The notes: generated from the letters alone by a model not told the origin. Positions 1-14,814 are shown, counted from the first letter of the stretch. The stretch is 64,000 nt of DNA from Octopus sinensis (GCF_006345805.1 NC_042997.1:200074001-200138000); one strand, 5' to 3'. Numbers and translations are program-made.

Positions 1-250
1 CTTAGCATGAAAAAATGTTTCTGAAAGTCATGGGAGCTGTGCTGTTTTCTGACTTTGTAAACATGTCCACGTGTGTTAGACAGGTGGAGTTTGAAAAGGT
101 GCTCAGATTTATTGTTTGTAAGATGGTTAATAATTTTATGGGTGTCTGCCAAGTCGGAGTTTCAATGTGTCCATACCCAGGGAAGTAAAGCATTCAGAAT
201 ATGGCAAATGCCTGATGGAGGGTATTCTCTTGGTTGCACATTGCTGACAC
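1..250 (-). mobile_element. CR1-clade LINE ORF2 C-terminal fragment (runs off window start)
   Basis: Reverse complement matches ~47225-47500 of this window (CR1 C-terminus), with substitutions and a ~14-bp deletion. Confidence 0.75.
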
Positions 251-299
251 AAATATGACAATCTTATTTGTTGAAACTCTTTTCTATTATAGGCACAAG

Positions 300-490
300 G
301 CCTGAAATTTGGGATGGGTTGGTGTAGTTGATAGCATCAACTCCAGTTCTCAACTGGAAGGTATTTCATTAACCCTGAAAGGCAAAGTCAACCACAGCAG
401 AATTTGAACTCAGGAAGTAAAAACAGATGAAATGCTCCGAGGCATTTTGTCTGGCATACTAACGATTCTGCCAGCAAGCTACCTTATTTG
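300..490 (-). mobile_element. Degraded tRNA-derived SINE, family B
   Basis: Shares the ...aaaggcaaagtcaac...gaatttgaactcag...ctaacgattctgccagc core with the better copies at 22925-23160 and 31020-31255. Confidence 0.6.
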
Positions 491-1435
491 TTAAAATGAA
501 TCACCAAAATTGCTGCTTTACAGATTTTACAGTTTCTATCAAAACCTTTGATGAGAAGTCACTAAGTTAACATCATAGAAGCAATCATCTTCATTTAATA
601 TCCAAGCATCCATGGGTCAGATAGAATTCATTGAGGTACATTTTATATTACCAGATACCCTTCCTGTCGCCAGATACTTCACCTGCTTCCAGGTGGAGTA
701 TTCCCCCTCTCCATTGCCAGATAAGTCTTTTTAAAAGACTAGAAATAGACAACACTGCTTGTAAAATGGTGACACTTGTTTACAAGCATTTTGTGATGTC
801 AAGACATGGCGGCCAAAAAAGTACATATACATACACAAACATGCACACTTAAACACACACACACGCCCACACACACACGCACACACTCAGATACACACAC
901 AGACACACACACACTCAGGCTTACATGTGTACATATACAACAGTTTTCTTCCAGTTTCTGTCAAGTAAATTCACTCACAAGTCTTTGATTAGCCTGATGT
1001 TAGAAAAGAAGAAAGATGCCTGTCCAAGACTCAGGTGCCAAGCAATAGGATTGAAACAATTTAGTTAGGAAGCAAACTTCTTTATCACATCTAAATACTT
1101 GTTAGAAATCTACAATGTGGCAAAGTAAAATACATGATTACCAATATTTAGATGTCCCCTTACATTTTGAAATAAACAGAAGCATGTCTTGGGATACAGC
1201 TGGAACTTGAGTAAGCATATTACCAAGGTGATTAGATCTGCTATATGATGAGAAAGACTGTCTTGTTTATCCTATCAAAAAAAAAAAAAAAAAGAAAGCG
1301 GTCATGGTTGGAAGGCTTTGAACATAAGTCTGTAGCACCACCATGAGTTTCTTAATTGTCAGTAGTGTACTGCATAATCTATCTAACCTACCTACGTTTA
1401 TGTACCTTTAAGTTAATGAATTTATCTCTTCATAT

Positions 1436-1600
1436 AGGTGCAAATGTGGCTGTGTGGTAAGATGTCTGCTTCACAACCACATGGTCCCAAGTTCAGTTCC
1501 ACTACATGGCACCTTGGGCAAGTGTTTACTACTATAGCCTCGAACCAACCAAAGCCTTGTGAGTAGATTTGCTAGATGGAAACTGAAAGAAGTCTATACC
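1436..1600 (+). mobile_element. SINE family A, 5' half
   Basis: gtggctgtgtggtaag...ggttcagttccact...ggcaccttgggcaagtg...ggaaactgaaagaag; matches the head of the full copy at 10956. Confidence 0.7.
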
Positions 1601-1958
1601 AGCATCGCCTTACTGGCACTTGACTTGTGCCGGTGACGCATGAAAAACATTCGAGCAAGGTCATTGCCAGTGCCGCTGAGCTGGCTCCTGTGCAGGTGGC
1701 ACATAAAAAACACCACTTGAGCATGGCCGTTGCCAGTACCGCCTGACTGGCACTCGTGCCAGTGGCACATAAAAGCACCCACTACACTCTCGGAGTGGTT
1801 GGCGTTTGGAAGGGCATCCAGCTGTAGAAAGTCTGCCAGATCAGATTGGAGCCTGGTGCAGCCATCTGGTTTGCCAGCCCTCAGTCAAAATCATCTAACC
1901 CATGCTAGCATGGAAAGAGGACATTAAGCGACGATGATGATAATGATGATGATGATAT
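1600..1958 (+). mobile_element. 3' UTR/tail fragment of the RTE LINE family
   Basis: gtgccNNtggcac..aaaagcacc subrepeats, then ...ccatgctagcatggaaag.ggacattaa.cgatgatgat; same sequence is the 3' UTR of the RTE at 58815-59412. Confidence 0.75.
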
Positions 1959-3159
1959 ATATAAAACGAAGAAGTAAATGGTATAGTTATCCACTTTATA
2001 CAGCAACTTATTAGCGCTCTAATGGAGCTTCAGTTATTCAGAATTCCTCTTAAATCATTTTATACTAATTTTCTTATCTACCCTCTTCATTGATTCTAAA
2101 ATACGGACATTCAATCTCACAAGTACATATATATACACACTCATACAGATGTAGCTAACACTACAATTTAAAATATTAGCATTGCATTATTAAACTATTT
2201 AATATTTTCCACTATTAAAAAATTGTCCCTCGTTCAGTCTGGATTAGATAGAAAGAGAAAACCATCTATCCTAGAAATATTCTTTGCTTAAATTCATTTC
2301 AATAATTCTTCCTCATCATTACCAGAAGTCATCTGCAATTGGAAGGTGATCGTTTTCTTAAAATAGATTATCATAAAATGAAATATATATAATTTCTCAA
2401 TAAAATTATTGATAGCTTTTGTGACAAAAATTTCCAGAAGTTTATATGGAGTGGAATATTTAAAACTGATATTAAGTTGCAGCATGCATGTTAAATAACG
2501 TTAACATGAGAAAAAAAATTTTTTTTTTTCTAACTCATATCAGTACCTGCCTTTTAAAGGATAGCTATTATAATTTTCAAACAAAAATTCAAAATAAAGT
2601 TATCATCAGAGAATTTAAATTCAATGGCTCTTTGACACCTTTTAAAATTATTCTTCTTAGTTTTTTTCTTCTTATTTTTTTTCCATCTCTTAAGCTAATA
2701 TCTGCTCACCTCTTTTTACTCCAGTTAAGCTTTAATCTTAGCACAAAGCAACTAACCAAAAATTTGCAATTTCTAAAGCTTCAGTGGTGATATTGCCGGG
2801 ATACAGATCTGTGATTGCACATAGTTATTCAACCAACACGCTGCATGCAATATGTCTACTTGATCATAGCACACAACGATATACACAACAACAACAACAA
2901 CAACAACAACACCAACACTTCAGAAATTCCTTTCATAATATAGTGTTACATTATGATAAAAATTTCCCGAGCATCATACAGAATGAGAGAGCCTTTACGT
3001 GGTCACTTGGCCTGCTTAAAACAACAGCTAAATACTCCTAAAATTACTTCTAACTGTAATGAAGAAAAAGAAAGTCTCACTGGGTCATGCACTCCTAGAT
3101 ACCTCTAAAAAGATGGGATGGTCCATTGCTTCTCAAACATAAATTTTGGGGTTCAATCC

Positions 3160-3615
3160 TACTACTTACTTGTACTTGTACTTGTGACGGCGTTTGCCCA
3201 GGGTGGGTTGAGCCAGCTTTTTCTCTGGTCCTGATGGCATCACGAACCATGGCGGCCCACGCTCGACAGTCTTGTGCGAGGTCACTGGAGATAGCGAGCC
3301 ATTCGCAGTTCCATCTGCGCAGACTGACCACCTGCGGACCTGAGAGTTCAGAGAGGTCTTCCTTTATCGTCATTCCCCAGGTCTTTAGCTGCCCGCCTGT
3401 GTGCTTGTGGCAGTTGGAAAGTGGAGGTGGGAGAAGGACATCACGAATCAGCTCACCCTCTGGACGCTGGGCCACATGACCAAACCACCTTAAGCGCTGT
3501 TGTAGAAGCACCGAAGGGAGGGGCCAGAGATTCAGGCGATGACGAAGACCGGCTGTAGGAACCCGATCAATGATGTCGGCAGCGAAGAATACGGTGGAGA
3601 CAGTCAGTCAGTCAA
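3160..3615 (-). mobile_element. RTE-clade LINE 3' end (second RTE family)
   Basis: Translation LQQRLRWFGHVAQRPEGELIRDVL...GGQLKTW...DLAQDCRAWAAMVRDAI is a typical RTE ORF C-terminus, followed by a (CAAGTA)n tail. Confidence 0.8.
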
Positions 3616-4269
3616 ATCCTACTGCATGTCACTTTGATCGAATGTTTTTAACCATAGCCTCAGGCTAATCAAAGCCCTGTGAGTGGATTTGGCTGACGGA
3701 AACTGAAAAACTGTTGAAGCAGGAAGACACGGGATGAGGCGATGAAATATGATCTTTGGATGTTGGGCTTCATGGAGGTGATGAGGTGACTGAGAGTTTT
3801 GGCAGTTTGCCATGGTTGAGGAGACATATCAAGCTAAGTGAAATCATAGCCATGACCAGTGCCAATGACACATAAAAGGCACCAATGCTGGTGACACGTA
3901 AAAGACATCCAGTACACTCTGTGGAGTGGTTGGCATTAGGAAGGGCATTCAGTCATAGAAACCAAGCCAAAACAGACTGGAGCCTTGTGCAACTCCGTGG
4001 CTTACCAGCTCCAGTCAAACTATCTTACTCATGCTAGCATGGAAAATGGACATAACTGATGATGATGATGATGATGATATACACATGTGTATGTATGTAT
4101 GTATGTATGTATATATGTATGTATGCACGCATGCATGTATGAATGGATGTATACATGCATGTATATATGTATGTATGTCTCTTCTATTTTCAAATTATTA
4201 TAAATCTTCCACTGAGGAGGGAGCTGGTTTCCAACTAAGATACAAGGCATCATCTTTGGAATGTAGTTA

Positions 4270-4678
4270 ACACAGACAAATTCACATTTGGAACTTGAGA
4301 AAAGTCTTGCATATTTTTACTGTTCCACTCACAGATTGAATTTGTAATGTATGGATCAGCCAGTTGATTTCTCTTTCTGAAAATCCCAGTTTATCCAGAT
4401 TCTCCTTTAAGCATTTACTAACAAAACCTAGTGCTCCACTTATTATTGGTATGAATATGAACTCATAGCAATATCTCATAGTCTAGATATAAAAGCTGGA
4501 GGTTTCGAAGCAGTTGTCTATAGACATCCTCTTTTTCTTTGATTTTCAAAGAGATATCCGCAAGGCAGCTAACCTCTATGCGCTTCTGTTCCAAGTAGCA
4601 ATATCCGGCCTTTTATGCTTACATTTGACAGACGTTTTGATGGGAATATTCCACCAGTATTCTTTGAGTTGGTGTTTA
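4270..4678 (-). mobile_element. Restriction-like endonuclease (REL) domain fragment of an R4/Dong-type non-LTR retrotransposon
   Basis: Frames give KEYWWNIPIKTSVKCKHKRPDIATW (RPD motif) and FIPIISGALGFVSKCLKENLDKLGF...SVSGTVKICKTFLKF*; contains stops/frameshifts. Confidence 0.65.
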
Positions 4679-5004
4679 TGGATGTATGTATGTATATATG
4701 TATGCATGCATGTATATATATATATATATATATATATGCATGTATGCATGTATGTATGCTTGTATGTTTGTGTTATTGTCTCTTTCGAAATCAGGTGATA
4801 GTTGTGTCACCTTTTTGCATATGGCATCTTTCATTTCCAGTCTTCTGTAAAAATGTATTCTGACCATGAGAAAATATCACTTTGTTTGGAAACGGGTTCG
4901 GGGTTGGCAAAAGCAAGGGATTTAACTGCAGAAGGTGTGCCTTGACAAATTCCATCTGACCCATGAAAGCATGGAAAAGTTGATGTTAAAAAGGACAATG
5001 ATTA

Positions 5005-5200
5005 TGTTTCTTTATTACCCACAAGGGGGCTAAACATAGAGAGGACAAACAAGGACAGACAAAAGGGTTAAGTCGATTACATTGACCCCAGTGCGTAACT
5101 GGTACTTAATTTATCGACCCCGAAAGGATGAAAGGCAAAGTCGACCTTGGCGGAATTTGAACTCAGAACGTAGTGATGGGCGAAATACCGCGATAGTGGT
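5005..5200 (-). mobile_element. SINE family B (5'-truncated)
   Basis: tctttattacccacaaggggctaaacatagagaggacaaac...gtcgaccttggcggaatttgaactcagaacg; same as 22925-23160. Confidence 0.75.
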
Positions 5201-5699
5201 ACAGGTGGCAGTAATGATGGTAGCAGTGACAGCAGTGATGGTGGTAGCAGCAGAAGTAGTGGTGGTGGCAGTACTGGTGATGGCGGTAATCATCATGATC
5301 ATCACAATTATGATGACTCATCTTTACCATTGTTTTTAACATCCACTTTTCTATGCTTGCATGGATCACACTGTATTTATTGAGGAACATTTTCTATGGC
5401 CAGATGCTCTTCCTGCCAGTAACCCTCACCTGTTTCCAAACAAGGTAATATTTTTCCTCATAGCCAGACATGTTTCCACACAAATTGGTTTCAAATTTTG
5501 GCACAAGGCCAGCAAGTTCAAGATCAATCCCCAATTGTCAACTGGTATTTATTTTATTGATCCTGATAAAAAATAAAGGCAAATTCGACCTCAACACAAT
5601 TTGAACTTAGAATGTAAAGAGGGACAAAATTCCACTTGTGCATTTAATCCAGTGTTGCTGACTATTCTGACAACTCTCCACTTTAATATTAATTTTATT

Positions 5700-5936
5700 A
5701 TCCCCTAAAGTTTGAAATAGAAAAAAATGTAATACCTCAAAGTTTGAAATTGGAAGAATTTGGAGCATGCGAACAGTAAAGGTCGTGACTATAATGATTG
5801 ATGTGTTGGGAACAGTAAGCCAAAATATAGACAAACGGTTGAAGGAGATTGAAATAGAATGCCCTGTAGAGCTCCTACAGAAAATCTGTCTATTAGGGAC
5901 AGCAAGGATTACCAAGAGAGTTCTAAGCACTTGAAA
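5700..5936 (+). mobile_element. R4/Dong-type REL C-terminal fragment
   Basis: EIGRIWSMRTVKVVTIMIDVLGTVSQNIDKRLKEIEIECPVELLQKICLLGTARITKRVLST* parallels the C-terminus of the 16790-19497 element (IQKIALLGTAHILR). Confidence 0.65.
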
Positions 5937-6579
5937 GACTGCTGGAAAAAAAGCGAATAAATAGAATAGAATAAAATGAACGTGAATAAATAGGGGATAC
6001 TGATAATGCAGGTACCATACACATTCCTCCACACACCAAATATTGACATACACAGGGATATACGTATGTGCAAATAAAGACACATACAGCAGGAACACAA
6101 AATGGCAGCTCATTAGGACAGAGAGACACAAAAAAGAAAGAAAAAGCAAAAGACCTCTGATGAGATCACAGTAGTGTGACGAAAGAACTCTAAAATATAA
6201 TTAATATGAAATAAAGCTGAACCAAGTGAGCACCGAATAAATAGTGTGTGTGTTTTCATTGGCTAAACTGGCAACATGACCATCCCCAAATAGCAATATC
6301 TGTCTCAACACATGAGTTCACATCAAGAATCTTGCAAAATGATTACATAAACATATATATATGATGTTATATATATATATATCTCATCATCATCATTATC
6401 GTTTTATGTCCGCTTTCCATGCTGGCATGGGTTGGACTGTTTGACAGAGGACTGGTGAGCCAGACTCTGCACCAGGCTCCAATCTGATCTGCCAGAGTTT
6501 CTGCAGCTGGATGCCCTTCCTAACACCAACCACTCCGAGAGTGTAGTGGGTGCTTTTATGTGCCACTGGCATGAGGACC

Positions 6580-6864
6580 AATTAGACAGTTACAATCAAT
6601 GAACCAGCTTGCTCATGAAATTAACATACAAGTGGCTGGGCATTCCACAGACACATGTACCCTTAATGTAGTTCTCAGGGAGATTCAGCATGACACAGAG
6701 TGTGTCAAGGCTAGCCCCTTTGAAATACAAGTACAACTCATTTTTGCCAGCTGAGTTAGACTGGAGCAATGTGAAATAAAGTGTCTTGCTCAAGGACACA
6801 GCACGTCGCCAGGGATTGAACTCACGATTATGAGACAAATGCCCAAACCACTAAGCCATGTGCC

Positions 6865-6870
<6 letters not shown>
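6580..6870 (-). mobile_element. tRNA-derived SINE, family E
   Basis: Reverse complement matches 10158-10480 (aaggcacatggcttagtggtt...gagttcaat...tgtccttgagcaagacact...tgctgaatctccctgagaact). Confidence 0.75.
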
Positions 6871-6902
<32 letters not shown>

Positions 6903-7948
6903 TGAGTGTGTGAGAGACAAAGAAAGAAAGAAAAATGGAAAGAAAAACAACAAAAGAAAAAAGAAAAAAAGCAAGTGATTGAAAGAAAAATAAATGTAGA
7001 TATCCTGTTATGTATGGTGAGAGAACCACACATATGAACTTATATCATTTCTAAACTTGGCAAAGTATAAAACATCTACTTTTATATTGATTAGTAAAGT
7101 AGAAATTATTCTAGAAACAGAATTGTGTAGAAGCAATATTTCTCATCCACTTTATAAGGTCAGCATCTGAGGTTAAAATACTTTGATTTGCTTTTTGCTT
7201 TGGTTAACTTTTGAAGGTAGAAATATATTTTATCTCTACCTGATAACACTTAACATATTACACTAAAACAGGTTTTCCTATATTATTGTATTCTTTAAAT
7301 TGTCTAGTAATATGATTTCCTCTTGCACTTAGTGTCTTATCATCATTGTTGTCATCATCATCACCACCACCATCATCATAATCATCATCATTTTACATTT
7401 GCTTCTCATGCCAGCATGGGTTGAATGGATCATCAATTTTTTAAATGAAAGTCACTGCTCCCAAAGACTGGTGCCCATAGTTGTTATTTGGCTTCATTTT
7501 TACAGTCGGATGCCTTTCTTATTCCCAACCATTTTACAGAGTGCACTGGGTGCATTTTTCTATGGGACCCACACCAGAGAGGTTGAATAGTCCTTGGTGA
7601 GAGACATATATAATGGGACATCACAGTTCCATGCTTTCTTTGCTCATTTGCCAACCACTTGCTGGCACCAGCACTAGACAGGTTCTCTTGTCCACCAATC
7701 ACTCAAGTGCAGTGATTCTTAGCTGGCGTCCCTATGACCCATAGGGGCCCATATAAAAATTTGGTGGGGTTCCATGCAAGCAAAATTATAAATTAGGGCT
7801 CCACATTATTTTTAGGCATCAAGATCTATTTATTGCATGAAACAACCAGGCTTCTTTCTCTAACACTTTACACTGTTCAACAAAATTTCTGGCCACTGAA
7901 ACATGTTCTCCCAGAAAGTGTTATTTCACAGAACTCTGAAAGGAAACA

Positions 7949-8524
7949 GTGAATAATATAACCCAAACCCTCTGTTCTCACTATGCCAAACCTATGGCCT
8001 CCAAATACCTGATCCACCAGAACTCAGCTATTGCGGACAATGCCAAATTCAATATATTGATGGCAGACCTCATCAGAGTAATGAGAAATGTGTCCCACAT
8101 GTGCAACCCTACAGAGTTAAAGAGACACATAGAACACTTCATCCACCACATGCAGTTGTCCGGATACAGCCATAGGGAAAGGATCAGAGTATATAAAGGA
8201 GCCATGACGGAATTTGAAACTATCATATATAAGGATAGGAGTGGGATTTGTCCACTCTGGAATACTTTATATATATGGAATACCAGTGAAAGGACTAAGA
8301 AGAAAATAGGGAAGGCCAACTCTTGGTATGGTAGCCACAAATACCAGAGTATCATGTTTGTCAACACCACCACTAGAGGCAAACTGGTGTGCTGCTTTAG
8401 AAGGGCTCCAGACAAGCTTAAGCTGAAAAGTAAGGTTGTAGAAAGGCCAGGTAACCCTATAAAATCCCTAATCAGTAGAACCTACCCGTTTAATAGAACC
8501 CCCTGTACTGATAGGAACTGGTGA
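7949..8524 (+). mobile_element. Penelope-like element ORF fragment (RT thumb/linker region)
   Basis: 191-codon open frame: HYAKPMASKYLIHQNSAI...IRVMRNVS...MQLSGYS...KVVERPG...RTYPF..TPC resembles the region between RT and GIY-YIG of Penelope-like ORFs. Recognised by eye; no initiator ATG. Confidence 0.6.
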
Positions 8525-9800
8525 AAGGGAGAAAGGGAGCTATTCTCAAACTAGAGGTCTAGCTCTAATGCTAGTAATAGAATGAACTCTACTTGAGGAA
8601 GTTGAAGTACCAAATCATGCTAAACCATATGTAGGCATTCAGGCTTTGAGCAGATTTGAACTTAGGTAGCAAAGAGCTGGAACAAATGCTATAGCAAAAG
8701 CATCCAGTCTGATTTTCTTGCAGTTCTGCTAATCCACCACCCCAGGTTGGTACTTTGTAGTTTTTGATGGGGTAATCAACTGCAAAGGTATGGATGAAGA
8801 GCAAAGTTGACCTTGGCAGGATTTGAACTCGAAGTGAATAGAGCCTGAACAAATAATATGGCATTTTATCCAATGGTCTAACAACACTGTCAGTCAGTTC
8901 CAAATTCACTACTTTTTCAACTTTTTACGGAGATGTACTCGCATAGCAAGTGATTTGATCTGAGATCGTGTGCTGGAACGGAAACAATTGCAGCGTGGAA
9001 GGTGTTTGTAAGCCATTTAAGAAACACACAAAAGCCGTTCGATTCACTTCAACATTTAAGTTTAATTTGTCAAAATATAAGTTCACCTCTTTAGAATTTT
9101 AAAGAAAAAGAGTCTCAAAGAGTATTATTGATTAGCCAAAATGTGTCAGGAAGCTAAAAGGTTGGAAACCCCTGCTATATAAGAATCCTCACTTTTGGCA
9201 ATAAAGTTATTGCCAAAATTTGCATTGATTTCTAACATTGGCACCATATAGAGTAATATCTAACAACACAATCCAAACTCCAGATATTTTTTTTCCATGT
9301 TCTTCTGTGATTTTTATACCCGCAGCTCTATTTATGTAATATGTATATATGCGGAGAATATACTTACGTATAACTTTCCATTTAGTCATGACTAAAAAAA
9401 GCTCTTTTCAACTTCTCTTTCTATAATTTTTTTTATTTTTTATTTTTTTCTGAAATAAATCTTGATTAGAAAAAAAAACTTGTTATATTTGAAAAATAAA
9501 TTCTTTTATTCCACATCCATTAAGCAAGGGAAATATGTAAAGCCGAAAAAAAAAAAAAAAAGAGAAAAGTACCATTACATGAAATCTTGCCTAAAGCTTT
9601 GTGCAGATGTGTTACTTTCATGCTAAAGACATTTAAAACAAGAATAAAATAGAATATTTTTTTGTTAAATAAGTAAATATTTTACCATATTTTACCAGTA
9701 TATATACTACAACAAAAGAAAGACTTTGCTATTATTTGAATAATTAGCTACTACTACTACCACCCCTACTACTATTACTACTACTATGATTATTATCATG

Positions 9801-9833
<33 letters not shown>

Positions 9834-10157
9834 GTTGTTGTTGTTGTTGGCAATGGTTATTTTTACTATAAGACTGTTTAATCTTTGCAACTTTAAAATC
9901 TGAAATAATTTCAGGCATAACGTGATCATTTTACTCTATTATTTTCAATTCAATGAAAATTTTCTCTTCATTCAAATTTCAAAAATAAGAAATAGCAGGT
10001 GCAAATCAAAATTGCACGCCACTTCATATATATCAGATATATTTCATTGAAGCTGTTTTATGGAAATCAGTACTAAGGAATTACACCTATATCATTATTC
10101 CTCTTGGAAAGTTATGTTTAATAAATAGGATTTACTATTTATTATTATGAGATAAGT

Positions 10158-10480
10158 GTGTGAAGGCACATGGCTTAGTGGTTAGGGCATTCGGCTCATG
10201 ATTGTAAGGTCGTGAGTTCAATTCCCGGCGACACATTGTGTCCTTGAGCAAGACACTATATTTCACGTTGCTCCAGTCCACTCAGCTGGCAAAAATGAAT
10301 TGTACCTGTATTTCAAAGGGCCGGCCTTGTCACACTCTGTTTCATGCTGAATCTCCCTGAGAACTATGTTAGAGGTACACGTGTTTGTGGATTGCTCAGT
10401 CAGTTGCATGTTAATTTCATGAGCACGCCCTTCCATTGATCATATCAGCTGGGACCCTCGTCATTGTAACCAATAGAGTG
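10158..10480 (+). mobile_element. tRNA-derived SINE, family E
   Basis: A-box-like tggcttagtgg, B-box-like gagttcaattcc, then tgtgtccttgagcaagacact core; further copies at 6580-6870 and 24120-24360. Confidence 0.8.
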
Positions 10481-10955
10481 CTCCATTTTTTGATAGGTGT
10501 AAGCACAGTTGTGTGCTTAAGAGGTTTATTTCCCACCCATGTGATCTTGGGCAAGTGACTTCTACTATAACCCAAGGACGACCAAAGCCTTGTGGGTGGA
10601 TTTGTTGGGTCTAATACTAATGTTAATTAGTATTAGGCACAGTAATGAGAAGAAACAGGAATAACATTAAGTGACTAATTCTGGTCTAGAAAAGTAAGGG
10701 AGGCAACCTAGGAATTTAAACTGATAAGGAATAGAGTTCTGTGAAGCATGAGTCTAATCTTTGGTAAGTCAGTGACAACTCATGTTTCATGCTTATGAAG
10801 CCTCATAAGTGAAGGCACAGGAAAAATAGAAGTTGAAACTGCACTGAGAATAATTAAAATATTTCAACATTCACCTTGAATGGAACACTGGTTTGTTGTA
10901 GAGACCAATGTCTGCAATTTTGAGGCGAAGAGGAAAGTTGATTACATTGACTCCT

Positions 10956-11121
10956 AGGCGCAGGAGTGGCTGTGTGGTAAGTAGCTTGCTAACCAACCAC
11001 ATGGTTTTGGGTTCAGTCCCACTGCGTGGCATCTTGGGCAAGTGTCTTCTGCTATAGCCCCGGGCCGACCAATGCCTTGTGATTGGATTTGGTTGACGGA
11101 AACTGAAAGAAGCCTGTCGTA

Positions 11122-11170
<49 letters not shown>

Positions 11171-11390
11171 TTGTGTGTCTGTGTTTGTGCCCCTAGCATT
11201 GCTTGACAACCGATGCTGGTGTGTTTATGTCCCCGTCACTTAGCGGTTCGGCAAAAGAGACCTATAGAATAAGTACTGGGCTTACAAAGAATAAGTTCCG
11301 GGGTCGATTTGCTCGACTAAAGGCGGTGCTCCAGCATGGCCGCAGTCAAATGACTGAAACAAGTAAAAGAGTAGAAGAGAGAGAGAGAGA
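10956..11390 (+). mobile_element. Full-length tRNA-derived SINE, family A
   Basis: Head aggcgcaggagtggctgtgtggtaag...gggttcagtccc, central (TA)n/(TG)n tract, tail ...gactgaaacaagtaaaagag; many copies in the window. Confidence 0.85.
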
Positions 11391-12446
11391 GTACTCGACT
11401 GGCAGTTTATTTTATTGACCCTACAAGGATAATGTGTGAAGTTAAGTTCAACAGGGTTCGAACTCAGAGTGTAAAGAGCCTGAAGTAAAGCTGGTAAGCA
11501 TTTTTGTCAGTTGTGCAAATGGTTGTGGAAGCTCACTGCATTAATGAGGGAAGCATCAGACTGGCTGTTTTGATATTGTTTTAATCTTTAAAGAGAACAT
11601 AATTCTTATTTTAAAGAGATAATGGTGATTATACTTAAAAGAATGATTAAAATAAAACACAGTTTTACATTAAAAAAAAGGTCAGAATTACCTGAAATAT
11701 GAAATAAACGATCACAACATAAATTCATTGTATACATATTGGGGAGTTTATATTAATTATTCTCGTTATATCGGCCTCTTCAAGCTGAAGTAATTGATAA
11801 ATCGTTTATTTATTTCATTTATTAAGATTGAAAGTCATTAAAATTAAATATCAACATGATTGATTGTTCATAATCACAGGTGCTTGTCACTGGGTGATTC
11901 TTAATATTCAGCAATATCTATCTTTACAGACACTTGACCTGCTAGAAATAGCAACTAAATCTCCTCTCATCACATTTTACTAGCTTAAAAAGGAGGGAAG
12001 AACATATTAAATAAAGGAGTCACTAATGAATATAATGTCATGGCAACAGCTGGAACACATTTCAACATATCTGCTTGATCAGGGATAATCTGGAGTTAAA
12101 CCCCAACAATTAAAAGGGGATTATTCATGTTCCTGTTGATATCATTGTCAATGAATTGTTGGAGTTGTAAGAGCATTGGATAGAAACCTTTCAAGTATTT
12201 GCTCCGTCATTTGGCATTCTGAGTTCAAATCCCATCAAGGTCATTGTTGCCTTTAACCCTTTCAAGGGTTGATAAAGAAAATACCATTCAAAGATAGTGG
12301 AACTGGGAATATTGAAGGCATATCAAACAGGATGCCATGCAGTATTTGCTTCTAATTTTTATATTGTGAGTTCAAATTCCTCCTTGGCTTACTTGAGAAA
12401 CAGACTTTGCAGTTCTTGGTTTTAAATTAGTGCAGATTATGAGGTC

Positions 12447-12750
12447 TTGTGGAGGCACATGGCCTAGTGGTTAGAACAGTGGACTCTCAGTTGAGGGATC
12501 ATGGGTTCAAATCTCAGACAGGGAAATGTGTGTGCTTATGAGCGAAACACCCAAGCTCCACGTGGCTCCAGCTGAAGGTAATGGTGAACTTTTGCTGACT
12601 CTTTCACCACAACTTTCTCTCACTCTTTCCTCCTGCATCTTGCAGCTCACCTGCGATGGACTGGCATCCCATCCAGGTGGGGAACCTATACACCAAGGAA
12701 ACCAGGAAACTGGCCCTTATGAGCCAAGCATGGCTCAAGAAGGAACAAAC
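12447..12750 (+). mobile_element. tRNA-derived SINE, family C
   Basis: ggaggcacatggcctagtggttag...ggttcaaatctcag head; second copy at 21803-22080. Confidence 0.8.
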
Positions 12751-13013
12751 ATAAGAGGTCCCAGACTATCAGTGTCTGGGAAGTCATGTTGAGCCTGTAA
12801 TAAAAAGAATGGTAACTATAGTTCTTTGAGTTAATCACTTTCCTTAATCAATCTGTTTTACTGATTTAGTCAGAAGCAAAAGCACAGCATCATCCATGAC
12901 ACCTTTCAGGGCCTCAATGATTAGTGAGGGTAAGTTATCCTCAAGTTAAGGACATGGTCCAAATGCTTGGATTAGAGTGGACTCCACCAATATCACATCA
13001 GCACCAAATACTG

Positions 13014-13412
13014 TGGAGGTGCAATGACTCAATGGTTAGGGCAGCGGACTCACAGTCGGAGGATCGCAGTTTTGATTCCCAGACTGGGTGTTGTGTGTGT
13101 TTATTGAGCAAAAACACTTAAAGCTCCATGAGAATCTGGCAGGGGGTGGTAGCAACCCCTGTTGTACTCTTTCACTCCAACTTTCTCTCACTCTTTCTTC
13201 TTGTTTCTTGTCCCTGACTTCCTATGCAACCGCTGAACCTGGATGCACATTCATCTATCCGTCGATGCTCTCGGTGTCAGGGGTTGACCTGCGTTCTCTT
13301 CTGCGGGTCTTACGAATAGCAAAGGACCAACATTTCGGACTTCTCCCATGGGACGAAGACAGCTTCGCTCAACAAGCAAATAAACAAACAAACAAACAAA
13401 CAAACAAACAAG
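13014..13412 (+). mobile_element. tRNA-derived SINE, family D, with (CAAA)n tail
   Basis: ggaggtgcaatg.ctcaatggttagggcagcggactc head; inverted copy at 20270-20638. Confidence 0.8.
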
Positions 13413-13904
13413 CACCAAATACTGGTGTTAAACCAGGAAATGTATTAAATCTCCCAGCCAAGAATCAAGAATGTCAACCATCCCATTAAAAGCTTCCATG
13501 CCAATTTCCATTGGCCAAGTTTCATTCACAAGGCACTGGTCAATATAAAGCTATGGTAGAAAGTATTTGACCAAGATACCACCATGTGGAATTGAACCGT
13601 AAACTACACATTCATCAAGCAAACTTCTTAATCACATAGCCATGCCTACAATCACAAGCAAAGAGAATCAGCTACAAGCAGCAATCAAAACCAAGTTGTA
13701 GAATTTGGTTCTCTCGTTTTGGCTCATTGTTCTGCTACCTTAATTTCCTGAACAATAAAATAAGTTTGTTTCTCCGAATGCTAAGTAAATTTCACAAACA
13801 CATGATTTCTGAAGTGGATCCATTGTTCATTTAGCTGAATGTACAGATTCTGTATTGCTATATTGTTATATGAAGTTTCTGATAATGATTGTATTCACAA
13901 AGCG

Positions 13905-14475
<571 letters not shown>

Positions 14476-14814
14476 CTGGTTTTCCATAAGCATCTGATTC
14501 TTTATTTGGAATCTCGATGTGTATTTCCTTCTCTTTTGATTTGCAATTCGTAAAGGTGAAAAATACCTGTCACCTGTCAGAAAACATTATGTGGAATTTT
14601 GTTCTACATCTACAGTATCTACAGTGTCTGCCGTAGGGTTTTATTTTCTAAATACCAATTCCCTAAGTGCCAAATGCCAATGTTCCAAATGTTGATATCT
14701 CCAACGCTAAAATGAAGCTATTGTTTGTGTTTCCTAAATAGACATACCTAGGTTAATTCATGTAGTTAAAACAAATTTAGCATTGAAATAATAATAATAA
14801 TAATAATAATATTA

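Noticed and set aside
13230-13375. Possible HDV-like ribozyme in the SINE D tail
   Set aside because: Only a simple hairpin (acctgc/gcgggt) found; I could not build the P1/P2/P3 nested pseudoknot or the J4/2 catalytic segment.
14650-14710. Candidate 51-nt exon RWRYQHLEHWHLALREL
   Set aside because: Built from short tgccaa/ttccaa subrepeats typical of repeat DNA; weak donor.
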